This document shows, piece by piece, positions 1-9,851 of a stretch of DNA of 64,000 bases (within the stretch, counting starts at the first letter, position 1; every line of letters begins with the position of its first letter). The position numbers were made by a program, and so were the translations under genes. The notes beneath the pieces are model-generated. The model did no database searches, was not told where the DNA came from, and saw nothing but the letters and a program-made list of their open reading frames with translations. The stretch comes from Gemmatimonadota bacterium. Its GTDB lineage: Bacteria; Gemmatimonadota; Gemmatimonadetes; Palauibacterales; Palauibacteraceae. The stretch is from positions 2,208,001-2,272,000 of the forward strand of contig OZ220691.1 in assembly GCA_965116475.1 (NCBI GenBank), given 5' to 3'.

Positions 1-1653
1 GAGGGAGCGGGGACGATCGGTCTCCTCTCCAGCCGCCTGAACCTGCAGGGGCCCCTGTTCGACGGGCGGGGATCCTGGCTCGTCGCGGGCCGCCGCACCT
101 ACGCGGACCTCTTCCTGGGCCTGTCGGACGACCCCTCGATCCGGGAGAGTACCGCCTACTTCTACGACCTCAACGCCAAGGCGAACGTGCGCTACGGCGC
201 CACCGGCCAGGTCATGCTTTCCGGCTACTTCGGACGCGACCGGCTGCGGATCGGGACGCAGGCCTCCGCCGCATGGGGGAACGCGACGGGCACGCTGCGC
301 TGGAACCACGTGTTCGGCCCCGTCTTCTCCCATCTGACCATCACCTACAGCGACTACGAGTACCACATACAGAACAGCTTCAACGCCCAGGCCGCCTCGC
401 TCGATGCGGGGATCCGCAACTTCAGCGTCACCGTCGACGAGTCGTGGGATGTGAGTCCATCGGACCGGCTGGAGTTCGGGCTGGGGCTCCGGAGCTACGA
501 GATCCAGCCCGCGAACATCGCCCCCGGCGAGGGCTCGGCGGTCATCGCGACGGAGTTCGAGTCGCGGAAGGGCCTCGCTCCCGAGGCGTACATCGAGCAC
601 GAAACGGAGATCGGCCGCCTGGGGCTCCGCTATGGGCTAAGGGCGGCCGGGTTCATCCGCCGGGGCGAGGCGACGGTCTACGACTACGAGAACGACGCGC
701 CCGTCGTGTATCGTCCGGCGCTGGGCCGGTACGAACCCGGCGCCATCGCGGACAGCACGCGGTACGGAAACGGGGAGGCCATCGTCTCCTACTACGGCCT
801 CGAACCACGGCTCGGGTTGCGCTTCGGGCTCGGCGACGCCGCGTCGCTCAAGGCGAGCTACTCCCGTACGCGGCAGTACCTGCGGCTGGTCACGAACACG
901 AACTCCCCCACGCCGCTCGACCTGTGGGATCCCGTGGGGCCGTACGTGAAGCCGCACGTCGCCGACCAGTTCGCGCTCGGCTACGTGACCGCGCTCGCCG
1001 GGGGGCGCTACGCGCTGTCGGGCGAGGTCTACTACAAGCGGGCGCGCCATCTGATCGACTACGTGGACGGGGCGGACATCTACTTCAGCCGGCGTCTCGA
1101 AACGCTTCTCCTCCCCGGGGAGGGCCGCGGATACGGGCTGGAATTCCTCCTGAGAAAGACCCGCGGGCGCCTCACCGGATGGGCGAGTTATACGCTGGCG
1201 CGGTCGGATCAGCGGACGCCCGGGCTTACGGCGGCGGACCCCGGGGTCAACGGGGGAGACTGGTATCCCTCCCCCTACGACCGGACGCACGATTTCGCCC
1301 TGACGGGACTGTACAGATTCGGCGAGGACTGGAGCCTGGGGGCGAACTTCATCTTCGCCACGGGGCTGCCGACGACGTACCCCGTCGCGCGGTACGAGTT
1401 CGCGGGGCTGATTCTGGGAGAGTACGGGCCGCGGAACGCCAGGCGCCTTCCGGACTATCATCGTCTGGACGTGTCGGCCACCAGGAGGTGGGGCCGGGGA
1501 GAACTTCAGTTCGGGCTCTTCAACGTGTACAACCGCTTCAACGCGCAGGCGATCGCCTTCCGCCAGAACCGGGACTCGCGCACCGTCACCGAGGCGGTGG
1601 AGACCGCCGTGTTCGGCCTGGTGCCGAGCATCAGCTACCGGTTGAACTTCTGA
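1..1653 (+). CDS. TonB-dependent receptor (5'-truncated by window edge)
   Basis: Frame 1 open from base 1 (EGAGTIGLLSSRL...). Beta-barrel motifs GWASYTL, RLPDYHRLD; C-terminal Phe (SYRLNF). Paralogous to 2579..4987. Confidence 0.92.
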   Translation, partial: EGAGTIGLLSSRLNLQGPLFDGRGSWLVAGRRTYADLFLGLSDDPSIRESTAYFYDLNAKANVRYGATGQVMLSGYFGRDRLRIGTQASAAWGNATGTLRWNHVFGPVFSHLTITYSDYEYHIQNSFNAQAASLDAGIRNFSVTVDESWDVSPSDRLEFGLGLRSYEIQPANIAPGEGSAVIATEFESRKGLAPEAYIEHETEIGRLGLRYGLRAAGFIRRGEATVYDYENDAPVVYRPALGRYEPGAIADSTRYGNGEAIVSYYGLEPRLGLRFGLGDAASLKASYSRTRQYLRLVTNTNSPTPLDLWDPVGPYVKPHVADQFALGYVTALAGGRYALSGEVYYKRARHLIDYVDGADIYFSRRLETLLLPGEGRGYGLEFLLRKTRGRLTGWASYTLARSDQRTPGLTAADPGVNGGDWYPSPYDRTHDFALTGLYRFGEDWSLGANFIFATGLPTTYPVARYEFAGLILGEYGPRNARRLPDYHRLDVSATRRWGRGELQFGLFNVYNRFNAQAIAFRQNRDSRTVTEAVETAVFGLVPSISYRLNF

Positions 1654-1676
1654 TGCGCGGAGGGACGGGGGGTTGC

Positions 1677-2540
1677 ATGACGACGGCGGGCCGCCTGCTC
1701 GCGTTGGCGGGTTGCCTCGCGGCGGCGGGCTGCGAACGGGTGGTGGACGTCGACATTCCCGCCCCCGTCCCGCGACTTGTCGTGGAAGGGCGGATCGAAC
1801 GCATCAAGGGTGCGCCGAGCGGCAGGCAGCGCATCCGGCTGTCCACGACGGCGGGCTTCTTCGACAGCCGGCCGACCCCGCCCGCGACGGGCGCCATCGT
1901 CACGGTCGTCGACGGGGCCGGCCGCGCCTACTCCTTCCCGGAGATCGAGCCGGGCCTGTACGGGACGGAACACCTCTTCGCGCGCCTCGGCGAGACGTAC
2001 ACGCTCTTCCTCGAGTACGGCGGGGATGTGTACGAGGCGTCGGCTCTGCTGCGGGAAGTGCCCCCGATCGATTCGCTGTACTTCGTGTTCGAGGAGGAGA
2101 CGCTCTTCATCGAGGAGGAAGGCTATCGGGCCGCGATCGACTTCGCGGATCCGGCCGGCGTCCCCAACTACTACCTGTGGGAACAACTCGTCGAGGGCGT
2201 GAACGAGATCCCGCCGGACCCCGGCAACGCGATCAACCTCGTGAGCCGGGACGAACTCTACGACGGGCAGGACGTGATCGGCTTCCAGCCGAACGACGAG
2301 ATCGCCATCGCGTCCGGCGAACACGCGGAGATCCGGCAGATCGCGCTCTCGAGGCTGGGCTACGACTACTACTACGCGCTCTTCGAGCAGAACGCGCTCG
2401 GGTCGGCGAACCCCTTTTCCATCCCGCCCGCCACCATCCGGGGGAACGTGGTGAATCTGGACCGGCCGCACCGGTTTGCGTTCGGTTTTTTCGGGGCGGC
2501 CGAAGTGAGTATCGCGGTAGGGGTGGCGCCCCCCCGCTGA
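1677..2540 (+). CDS. DUF4249-family lipoprotein (TBDR partner)
   Basis: Lipobox LAAAGC, then ERVVDVD, LVVEG, PPIDSLY, RGNVVN...FGFFGA. Directly follows the TBDR. Alternative ATG at 1653. Confidence 0.85.
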   Translation: MTTAGRLLALAGCLAAAGCERVVDVDIPAPVPRLVVEGRIERIKGAPSGRQRIRLSTTAGFFDSRPTPPATGAIVTVVDGAGRAYSFPEIEPGLYGTEHLFARLGETYTLFLEYGGDVYEASALLREVPPIDSLYFVFEEETLFIEEEGYRAAIDFADPAGVPNYYLWEQLVEGVNEIPPDPGNAINLVSRDELYDGQDVIGFQPNDEIAIASGEHAEIRQIALSRLGYDYYYALFEQNALGSANPFSIPPATIRGNVVNLDRPHRFAFGFFGAAEVSIAVGVAPPR

Positions 2541-2578
2541 TCGTGCCCGAACCGGGACGACCGGGTTATATTGGCTCC

Positions 2579-4987
2579 GTGTTCGATCCCAGCATCCTGA
2601 AGGCGCGAGCGGGCCCGACGCTCCTGGTCCTGTCCGCCATCGTCTTCGCGGCCCTTGATCCCGGAGAGGCGCACGCGCAGGGGCCGGTGCGCCTCTCCGG
2701 GTACGTGCGCTCGGCCGTGAGCGACGAGGTGCTGCGCACCTCCCGGATCGAGATCGTGGAGCCCGGCATCTCCATCTCGACGAACCGGTTCGGGTTCTAC
2801 TCCATCGAGTTGGTCCCGGGCCGCTATACGGTTCGCGTGTCGCAGCTCGGCTACGAGACGACCACCCGCGTAGTGGATCTCGACGCGACGGCCTCGCTCG
2901 ACTTCGCGCTCGCCCTGCGGCCCGTGTCCCTGGCCGAACTCACCGTGGAGACGGAACAGGAGCCGCCGGATGTCGACCCCCGTACGGTCGAAATGAGCGT
3001 GATCCGGTTCGACGCCCCCACCATCTCGCAGCTTCCTGTCGTGCTGGGTGAAGCCGATCCCGTGCGCACGTTGACGCTCTATCCGGGAATCACGACGACG
3101 AACGACGCGACGACGGCGATCAACGTCCGCGGGGGTGCGGGCGACGAGAACCTGATTCTCCTCGATGATTCCGAGGTCTTCAACCCCGCCCACGCTCTCG
3201 GGCTCTTCTCGACCTTCAACACCGACGCGGTGGACGACGTCACGCTCTACAAGGGCGGTATCCCGGCGCGCTTCGGCGGGCGGCTCTCATCGGTCATGGA
3301 GATCCACCAGCGTGAAGGAAACTCGCGCGAGTTCGAGGGCTCCGCCACGGTGGGACTCCTGTCGAGCCGGCTGAGTCTCGAGGGGCCGATGTTCGACGGC
3401 GATGGTTCGTGGCTCGTCGCCGGACGCCGGACCTATGCGGACCTTTTTCTGGGCTTGGCCAGCGACCCGGAGGTGAGGGAGAGCGTCGCCTACTTCTACG
3501 ACCTCAACGCCAAGGCCAACGTCCGCTACGGAGCGACCGGCCAGGTCATGCTTTCCGGATACTTCGGGCGCGACCGCCTGAGCGTCGGCAACGTGGCGTC
3601 GGTGGGGTGGGGAAACGCGGCCGGGACGCTGCGCTGGAACCAGGGGTTCGGCCCTGTCTTCTCGCACGTGACGCTGGTCTTCAGCGACTACGACTACCAC
3701 ATCCAGAGCGGCTTCAACGCGCGTGCGGTGTCGCTGGACTCCAGGGTCCGCCACCTGAGCCTGAGCGTGGACGAATCCTGGTCGCTGGGTGCCGGCGACG
3801 AACTGCAGTTCGGCGTGGGGATCGGAACCTACAACGTGCGGCCCGCGGACGTCATCGAGGGCGAGAACTCGGCGATCATCCCTCAGGAACTCGACGCGCG
3901 TCACGGCTTGGCGCCCGATGCGTACGTCGAACACGAGACGGAGCTGGGGCCTCTCGGGATTCGCTACGGGTTACGCGCGACGGCGTTCATTCGGCAGGGC
4001 GAAGCCACCGTCTACGACTACCTCAACGACGAGCCCGTCGTCTATCACCCGGAACTGGGCCGCTACGATCCGGGCGTCGTGACGGACAGCACGCGCTATG
4101 GGCCGGGGGAGAGCATCGCCTCGTACTGGGGTCTCGAGCCGCGGCTCGGGCTGCGCCTGCGGGTCGGGTCCGCCTCGTCGCTCAAAGCCAGCTACTCGCG
4201 AACGCGGCAGTACATGCGGCTCGTCACGAACACGAACTCGCCCACCCCCCTGGACCTGTGGGACATCGTCGGCCCGTGGGTGGAACCGCATATCGCCGAC
4301 CAGGTTGCGCTGGGCTACGTGACGACGCTGTCACGGTCGCGGTACTCGGTCTCCGGCGAAGTCTACTATAAGCGGGCCCAGCATCTCATCGACTATGTGG
4401 ACGGGGCCGATCTCTGGGTGCCGCGGCAGCTCGAGACGATGTTGCTGCCCGGCGAGGGGCGCGGGTACGGCCTCGAACTCCTGCTCAGGAAGACGCAGGG
4501 CCGGCTGCGCGGGTGGGCGAGCTACACGCTGGCGCGCACCGAGCAGCGGACGCCGGGGCTGACCGGGCGGGATCCCGGCATCAACGGGGGAAGCTGGTAT
4601 CCGGCGCCCTTCGACCGGACTCACGATTTCGCGCTCACGGGACTGTACGAGCTCAGCGATACGTGGAGCGTCGGCGCCAACTTCATCTTCGCGACGGGTC
4701 TCCCCACGACCTTCCCCACGGCGCGCTACGAATTCGCCGGCGTCATCCTGGGTACGTTCGGGTCTCGCAACGCCGAGCGCCTCCCGGACTATCACCGGCT
4801 CGACTTTTCGGCCACGAAGCGGCTGGGACGCGGGGAGCTCCGGTTCGGCGTGTTCAACATCTACAACCGTTTCAACGCGCAGGCGCTCGCATTCCGCCAG
4901 AGGGAGGATTCCCCCGTCGTGACGGAGGCGGTCGAGACCGCCGTGTTCGGCATCGTGCCGAGCATCAGCTACAGGTTCCATTTCTGA
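2579..4987 (+). CDS. TonB-dependent receptor with N-terminal carboxypeptidase-regulatory-like domain
   Basis: GTG start, signal peptide ending AHA-Q, NRFGFYSI, plug VRGGAGDENLILLD, KGGIPARFGGRLSS, C-terminal Phe. Confidence 0.93.
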   Translation: MFDPSILKARAGPTLLVLSAIVFAALDPGEAHAQGPVRLSGYVRSAVSDEVLRTSRIEIVEPGISISTNRFGFYSIELVPGRYTVRVSQLGYETTTRVVDLDATASLDFALALRPVSLAELTVETEQEPPDVDPRTVEMSVIRFDAPTISQLPVVLGEADPVRTLTLYPGITTTNDATTAINVRGGAGDENLILLDDSEVFNPAHALGLFSTFNTDAVDDVTLYKGGIPARFGGRLSSVMEIHQREGNSREFEGSATVGLLSSRLSLEGPMFDGDGSWLVAGRRTYADLFLGLASDPEVRESVAYFYDLNAKANVRYGATGQVMLSGYFGRDRLSVGNVASVGWGNAAGTLRWNQGFGPVFSHVTLVFSDYDYHIQSGFNARAVSLDSRVRHLSLSVDESWSLGAGDELQFGVGIGTYNVRPADVIEGENSAIIPQELDARHGLAPDAYVEHETELGPLGIRYGLRATAFIRQGEATVYDYLNDEPVVYHPELGRYDPGVVTDSTRYGPGESIASYWGLEPRLGLRLRVGSASSLKASYSRTRQYMRLVTNTNSPTPLDLWDIVGPWVEPHIADQVALGYVTTLSRSRYSVSGEVYYKRAQHLIDYVDGADLWVPRQLETMLLPGEGRGYGLELLLRKTQGRLRGWASYTLARTEQRTPGLTGRDPGINGGSWYPAPFDRTHDFALTGLYELSDTWSVGANFIFATGLPTTFPTARYEFAGVILGTFGSRNAERLPDYHRLDFSATKRLGRGELRFGVFNIYNRFNAQALAFRQREDSPVVTEAVETAVFGIVPSISYRFHF

Positions 4988-5856
4988 TGGCCGGGAGGAC
5001 GGACGTCCGGTTCGCGGTCCTGCTCGGCTGCCTCTCCGCGGCAGCCTGCGAGCGGATCGTGGATGTGGAGATTCCCGCGCCGGAGCCGCTGCTCGTCGTG
5101 GAAGGGCGGATCGAACTCGTGAAGGAGGCGCCGAGCGGGATGCAGACGCTCCGGCTCAGGACGACGGACGCCTTCTTCAGCAACCGGCGTACGCCCCCCG
5201 CCACGGGTGCCGTCGTTACCGTGAGGGACGGTACGGGCGCCACCTACGCGTTCGCGGAACCGGAGCCGGGCCGCTACGTGACGAACGGCCTGCACGCCCG
5301 GATCGGTGAGACGTATGCGCTCTCCATCGAGTATGAGGGAGATCGGTACGCCGCTTCGGCGTCGCTCCTGCCGGTGGCTCCGATCGACTCTCTCTATTTC
5401 ATCTACGAGGAGGCGACGCTCGTCATCGATGAGGAGGGCTACCGGGCCGCGATCGACTACACGGACCCCCCGGGGGGGCCGCACTTCTATCTGTGGGAGC
5501 AGTTCATCGACGGAGTCAACGAGCCCCCGCCCAGCGCGGGCAACCAGTTCAATCTGGTGAGCAGGGACGACCTGTACGATGGCCGCCCCGTCATCGGCTT
5601 CGAACCCCTCAACGAGGTCGTGATCGAGCCCGGGGCACACGTCGTGATCCGCCAGATCGCCCTCTCCCGCCGGGGCTACGACTACTATTACGCCACCTTC
5701 GAGCAGAGCGGCATCGGATCGGGGCCCTCGTTCTCCGTCCCACCTGCCACGATCCGCGGGAACGTCACGAACGTCACCAGCCCGGAGCGGTATCCGCTGG
5801 GATTCTTCGAGGCGGCCGAGGTGAGCGTGGCCGAGGGGATCGGTCCCGAAAGGTAG
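4987..5856 (+). CDS. DUF4249-family lipoprotein
   Basis: TGATG overlap with the TBDR. Lipobox LSAAAC. Clear paralog of 1677..2540. Confidence 0.85.
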   Translation: MAGRTDVRFAVLLGCLSAAACERIVDVEIPAPEPLLVVEGRIELVKEAPSGMQTLRLRTTDAFFSNRRTPPATGAVVTVRDGTGATYAFAEPEPGRYVTNGLHARIGETYALSIEYEGDRYAASASLLPVAPIDSLYFIYEEATLVIDEEGYRAAIDYTDPPGGPHFYLWEQFIDGVNEPPPSAGNQFNLVSRDDLYDGRPVIGFEPLNEVVIEPGAHVVIRQIALSRRGYDYYYATFEQSGIGSGPSFSVPPATIRGNVTNVTSPERYPLGFFEAAEVSVAEGIGPER

Positions 5857-5866
5857 GGGGCTCGCC

Positions 5867-6661
5867 GTGTTCGACGATCCAGGCACGCTGAAGGCCGCCG
5901 GGGCGACGCTCGCCCTGGCGACTCTGTGGCTGGTCGAGGGCGTCCTCCCGATGTTCGAGGGCCGGAGCGCGCGGGCGGGACACGGAGCGCGGAACCTCGC
6001 TCTCGGCGTGGGGAACGCGGCGGTGGCGGCCGTCATCTTCGCCGCGGCCACGCTGGCCGTGACGGAAGGGGCAAGGGAAGTGGGCTTCGGGCTGCTTCAC
6101 CTGCTCGAACTCCCGGCGTGGGCCAGGGTCGGCCTCGCCGTCGTGATCTTCGATGCGTGGCAGTACCTGTGGCACCGGCTGAATCACCGGGTCCCGTTCC
6201 TGTGGCGCTTCCACCAGGTCCACCATTCGGACGCCGAACTGGACGCCACGTCGGGTCTCCGCTTCCACACGGGAGAGATCGTGCTCTCCTCGATCGCCCG
6301 GCTCGCCGTGCTTCCCCTGCTCGGCGTGACGGTGGCGGAACTCCTCGTCTACGAGGCGATCCTCCTCCCCATCATCCTCTTCCACCACAGCAACGTGCGG
6401 TTGCCCGGCCGCGTGGACCGGCGCCTGCGCTGGCTCATCGTGACGCCCTGGATGCACTGGGTTCACCACTCGGACTACCAGCCGGAGACCGACTCGAATT
6501 ACTCGAGCATCTTCTCCTTCTGGGACCGGGCGTTCGGGAGCTTCCGGCTCCGGTCCGAGCCGCGCGACATCCGTCTCGGGCTCGAGAACGTGGAGCGCTC
6601 GCAATGGGGGACGCTGCGCGGGATGCTCTCGATGCCCTTCCGGCGAAAGCCCCGCGGATAG
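5867..6661 (+). CDS. Sterol desaturase / fatty acid hydroxylase family membrane protein
   Basis: His boxes HRLNH, HQVHHS, FHHSN, HWVHHS; NYSSIFSFWDRAFG. Confidence 0.92.
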   Translation: MFDDPGTLKAAGATLALATLWLVEGVLPMFEGRSARAGHGARNLALGVGNAAVAAVIFAAATLAVTEGAREVGFGLLHLLELPAWARVGLAVVIFDAWQYLWHRLNHRVPFLWRFHQVHHSDAELDATSGLRFHTGEIVLSSIARLAVLPLLGVTVAELLVYEAILLPIILFHHSNVRLPGRVDRRLRWLIVTPWMHWVHHSDYQPETDSNYSSIFSFWDRAFGSFRLRSEPRDIRLGLENVERSQWGTLRGMLSMPFRRKPRG

Positions 6662-6668
6662 GCGGCGG

Positions 6669-7823
6669 GTGTTGCGAGGACGAGGCCGGAGGGCGCGCGC
6701 TCCCCGCCTGACCGCGGCCTGCTTCGCGGCGGCGCTGGTGGCGTGCGACAACCCGGCCACGCCAGTGGATCCCGAGGGCATCGGCACCGGGCCCGACCCG
6801 GTGCCCGCGCCCGTCGATCTGTCGCGCGCGTGGGCCGCGTCGACGCCCGAAGCGCAGGAATTCGATCCGGAGTCGCTGGGAAGCGCGTTCGCGGGCGCGC
6901 CAAGCGCCGTGCCGAATATCCGGGCGCTCGTGGCCGTCCGGAACGGGCGGCTCGTCGAGGAGGCGTACTTCGGGGGCATGCGCCGGGATTCGGCCTTCGA
7001 CATGCGGTCCGTCACGAAGACGGTCACCGCGCTGCTCGTCGGCCTCGCCTCGGACCGCGGGCTCGTCGATCCGGACGATCCGATGACGGATTGGCTGCCG
7101 CACCCGGCGCGGAGGTCCGAGCATGGCGGCATCCGCGTGCGCGACCTCCTCACGATGACGAGCGGCATGCAGTGGTCCGACGAGGAGGACTTCGGCCCGT
7201 GGGTACGTTCCGGCCGGCCCGTCGGCTACGTCCTCGACCTGCCCATCGTCGCCCCTCCGGGCCGGCGGTTCATCTACAACACCGGCGGATCGCACCTGCT
7301 GACGGTCATCGTCGAGAACGCGGTCGACGGGAGCGCGCTGGCGTTCGCCGAGCGGGAGTTGCTGGGCCCGCTCGGCATCGACAACAAGCGCTGGCCGGTC
7401 ATGCAGGACAGCGTGATCGTGGGCGGCGCCGCGCTGGCGCTCCGTGCGCGAGACGCCGCGAAGCTCGGTCAGCTCCTCCTGCAGGGCGGCCGGTCCGGCG
7501 CCCGGCAGATCGTCTCCCGGGCCTGGGTGGAGGCACAGATCGGCCGGCTCGTCGAGGTGGGCGACACCGGCTACGTCCTGCGGGACGCGGGGTACGGCTA
7601 TCAGACGTGGCGCGACCGCCGGGGGGGCGGCGGTGACGTGTCCGCCTTCGTGATGTGGGGCTACGGGGGCCAGTTCGTGTGGGTGGTGCCGGACCGGCAA
7701 CTCGTCGTCGTGGCCCAGACCCACTGGCGCGGCACCGGCGACCACGATGGGAGACAGGCCGACGCGGTGGCCGATCTCATCGTGCGCCGCGTGGTCGAGG
7801 CCGCGCGCCCCATCCGCCGCTAG
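6669..7823 (+). CDS. Serine hydrolase, class C beta-lactamase-like lipoprotein
   Basis: SxxK (SVTK), LLTMTSG, PGRRFIYN (YxN), GYGGQ; lipobox LVAC. Start uncertain. Confidence 0.88.
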   Translation: MLRGRGRRARAPRLTAACFAAALVACDNPATPVDPEGIGTGPDPVPAPVDLSRAWAASTPEAQEFDPESLGSAFAGAPSAVPNIRALVAVRNGRLVEEAYFGGMRRDSAFDMRSVTKTVTALLVGLASDRGLVDPDDPMTDWLPHPARRSEHGGIRVRDLLTMTSGMQWSDEEDFGPWVRSGRPVGYVLDLPIVAPPGRRFIYNTGGSHLLTVIVENAVDGSALAFAERELLGPLGIDNKRWPVMQDSVIVGGAALALRARDAAKLGQLLLQGGRSGARQIVSRAWVEAQIGRLVEVGDTGYVLRDAGYGYQTWRDRRGGGGDVSAFVMWGYGGQFVWVVPDRQLVVVAQTHWRGTGDHDGRQADAVADLIVRRVVEAARPIRR

Positions 7824-7927
7824 CGCCGCACTCGCCCCAAGCCGCTGGCGCCGCAGCGTCCCGCGACGGAACGTGAGGGCCTATGTTCCACGGGTTCTCT
7901 CGACCTCGTTCCGGAGAAAACGACCTG

Positions 7928-9832
7928 ATGCGCATCGTTGTCGCCGCTTTTCCCGCCGCACTTGCCGGCAGTGCCCTGATCGCCGGAGCCGGGCAGGCCG
8001 TCGCCCAGGAGCGGGCGCGGGGGCTGCTTGATCCGCCCCCCATGGACGACAGCCCCGGGATGCGCGTGTATGCCGCCTCGTGCGCGGAGTGTCATTCCGG
8101 CCAGCGCACGGTGCGCGCCCCCGGCCTCACCACGCTTGGCGCGATGACGCCCCGGGCGGTCCTCAGTTCGCTGGAGGGAGGCCGCATGCGCCGGCACGGC
8201 GAGGATCTCACGGCGGACGAGCGCCGCGCCGTGGCCGAGTGGCTCACCGGCCAGCCCCTGGTCGAAACCCGTCTCCCATCCTCCGCCTTCTGCGCGAGCG
8301 CGCCGAGCGAGGAAGGCGTCGTGCACTGGTCCGGCTGGGGCGGCGGCGGCGGCGAGACGGGCTTCGCGGATGCGGCCCGCGCGGGACTCACGGCCGCCGA
8401 CCTGCCGAATCTCGAACTCGCCTGGGCCTTCGGTTTCCCGGACGTGAGCCAGGTGCGCTCGAAGCCGGCCGTGATCGACGACCGGATCATCGTGGGCTCG
8501 GCGTACGGCGAGGTGTATTCCATCGACCTGGAGAGCGGCTGCGTTCACTGGGTGTTCGCGGGCGATGCCGCCGTGCGCGGCGCGATCGCGATCGGCGACG
8601 GTCCCGATGGCGGACAGTCCGCCTTCTTTGCGGATTACCGGACGAACGTGTACGCGATCGACGCGACGACCGGCGCCCTCCACTGGCGCGCCATGGCCGG
8701 GACCCACGCGGATCACGTCGTCACGGGGAGCGTCGCCGTCCACGAGGACCGCGTCTTCGTCCCGCTCTCTTCGATGGAGATCATCAGCGCCGGCGACCCG
8801 ACCTACGAGTGCTGCACGTCCAGCGGAGTCGTCGCCGCCTTCTCGGCGGAGACGGGCGAACCGCTGTGGGAGTTCCGGACCGTGGCCGAGGAACCGCGGC
8901 ACACGGGCGAGAACGAGGTCGGCACGCGCCTGTTCGCGCCCTCCGGGGCGCCGGTGTGGTCCAGCCCGACGGTCGACGCCGATCGCGGCCTTCTCTACAT
9001 CGGCACCGGCGAGAACTACACGCGGCCGACGACGGGCGGGAGCGACGCGATCACCGCGCTCGACCTGGAGACGGGCGAGGCCCGCTGGACCTTCCAGGGG
9101 CGGGAAGACGACGCCTGGAACATGTCCTGCCTCTCGTCCCGCTTCCAGAACTGCCCCGCGCCGACGGGGCCGGATCACGACTTCGGCATGGCCCCGATCA
9201 TCGTCACCGCCGAAGACGGATCGCAGCTCCTGATCGCCGGGCAGAAGTCCGGCATGGTGTGGGCGCTGGACCCCGATTCGGAAGGCGAACTCGTGTGGGC
9301 GCGGCGGGTCGGGAAGGGAAGCTCGCTCGGCGGCATCCACTGGGGCCTCACGTCCGACGGACGCCGGGCCTACGTGCCGAACGTCGACAACCCGTTCGCC
9401 ATCATCTCGGACCCGCGGTCGGGGGGCTCCACGCAGATGAATGCCGAGGACCCGCCCACTCCCGGCGTCTACGCCCTGGAGCTCGCCGGCGGCGAAGTCC
9501 TGTGGCACGCTCCCCCCGATCCGTCCGTGTGCCAGGGCCGGGCCGGCTGCATGCCCTTCTTCTCTGCGGCCCCGACCGCGATCGAGGGGGCGGTGCTGGC
9601 CGGGAGCCTGGACGGCCACCTGCGCGCCTTCTCCACGGAGGACGGCTCGCTGCTGTGGGATGTCGACACGGCGCGCGAGTTCGAGACCGTCAACGGCGTG
9701 CCGGGCCGGGGCGGCGCCCTCGACGGACCCGGACCTGTCGTCGCGCGCGGCTACATCCTCGTCAACTCGGGATACGACCTGTTCAGCCAGATGCCCGGCA
9801 ATCTTCTGCTCGCCTATCGAGTACGACGCTAA
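7928..9832 (+). CDS. PQQ-dependent dehydrogenase with N-terminal cytochrome c (PVA-dehydrogenase-like quinohemoprotein)
   Basis: Signal peptide, CAECH heme motif, vicinal CC (YECCT), PQQ propeller repeats (GEPLW, GEARW), GGIHWG. Confidence 0.9.
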   Translation: MRIVVAAFPAALAGSALIAGAGQAVAQERARGLLDPPPMDDSPGMRVYAASCAECHSGQRTVRAPGLTTLGAMTPRAVLSSLEGGRMRRHGEDLTADERRAVAEWLTGQPLVETRLPSSAFCASAPSEEGVVHWSGWGGGGGETGFADAARAGLTAADLPNLELAWAFGFPDVSQVRSKPAVIDDRIIVGSAYGEVYSIDLESGCVHWVFAGDAAVRGAIAIGDGPDGGQSAFFADYRTNVYAIDATTGALHWRAMAGTHADHVVTGSVAVHEDRVFVPLSSMEIISAGDPTYECCTSSGVVAAFSAETGEPLWEFRTVAEEPRHTGENEVGTRLFAPSGAPVWSSPTVDADRGLLYIGTGENYTRPTTGGSDAITALDLETGEARWTFQGREDDAWNMSCLSSRFQNCPAPTGPDHDFGMAPIIVTAEDGSQLLIAGQKSGMVWALDPDSEGELVWARRVGKGSSLGGIHWGLTSDGRRAYVPNVDNPFAIISDPRSGGSTQMNAEDPPTPGVYALELAGGEVLWHAPPDPSVCQGRAGCMPFFSAAPTAIEGAVLAGSLDGHLRAFSTEDGSLLWDVDTAREFETVNGVPGRGGALDGPGPVVARGYILVNSGYDLFSQMPGNLLLAYRVRR

Positions 9833-9851
9833 GCCCGTTTCGGAGGCCGCC

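Noticed and set aside
6669..7823. Bona fide beta-lactam resistance gene
   Set aside because: Motifs fit the broad esterase/amidase serine-hydrolase family; the KTG-type triad is absent.
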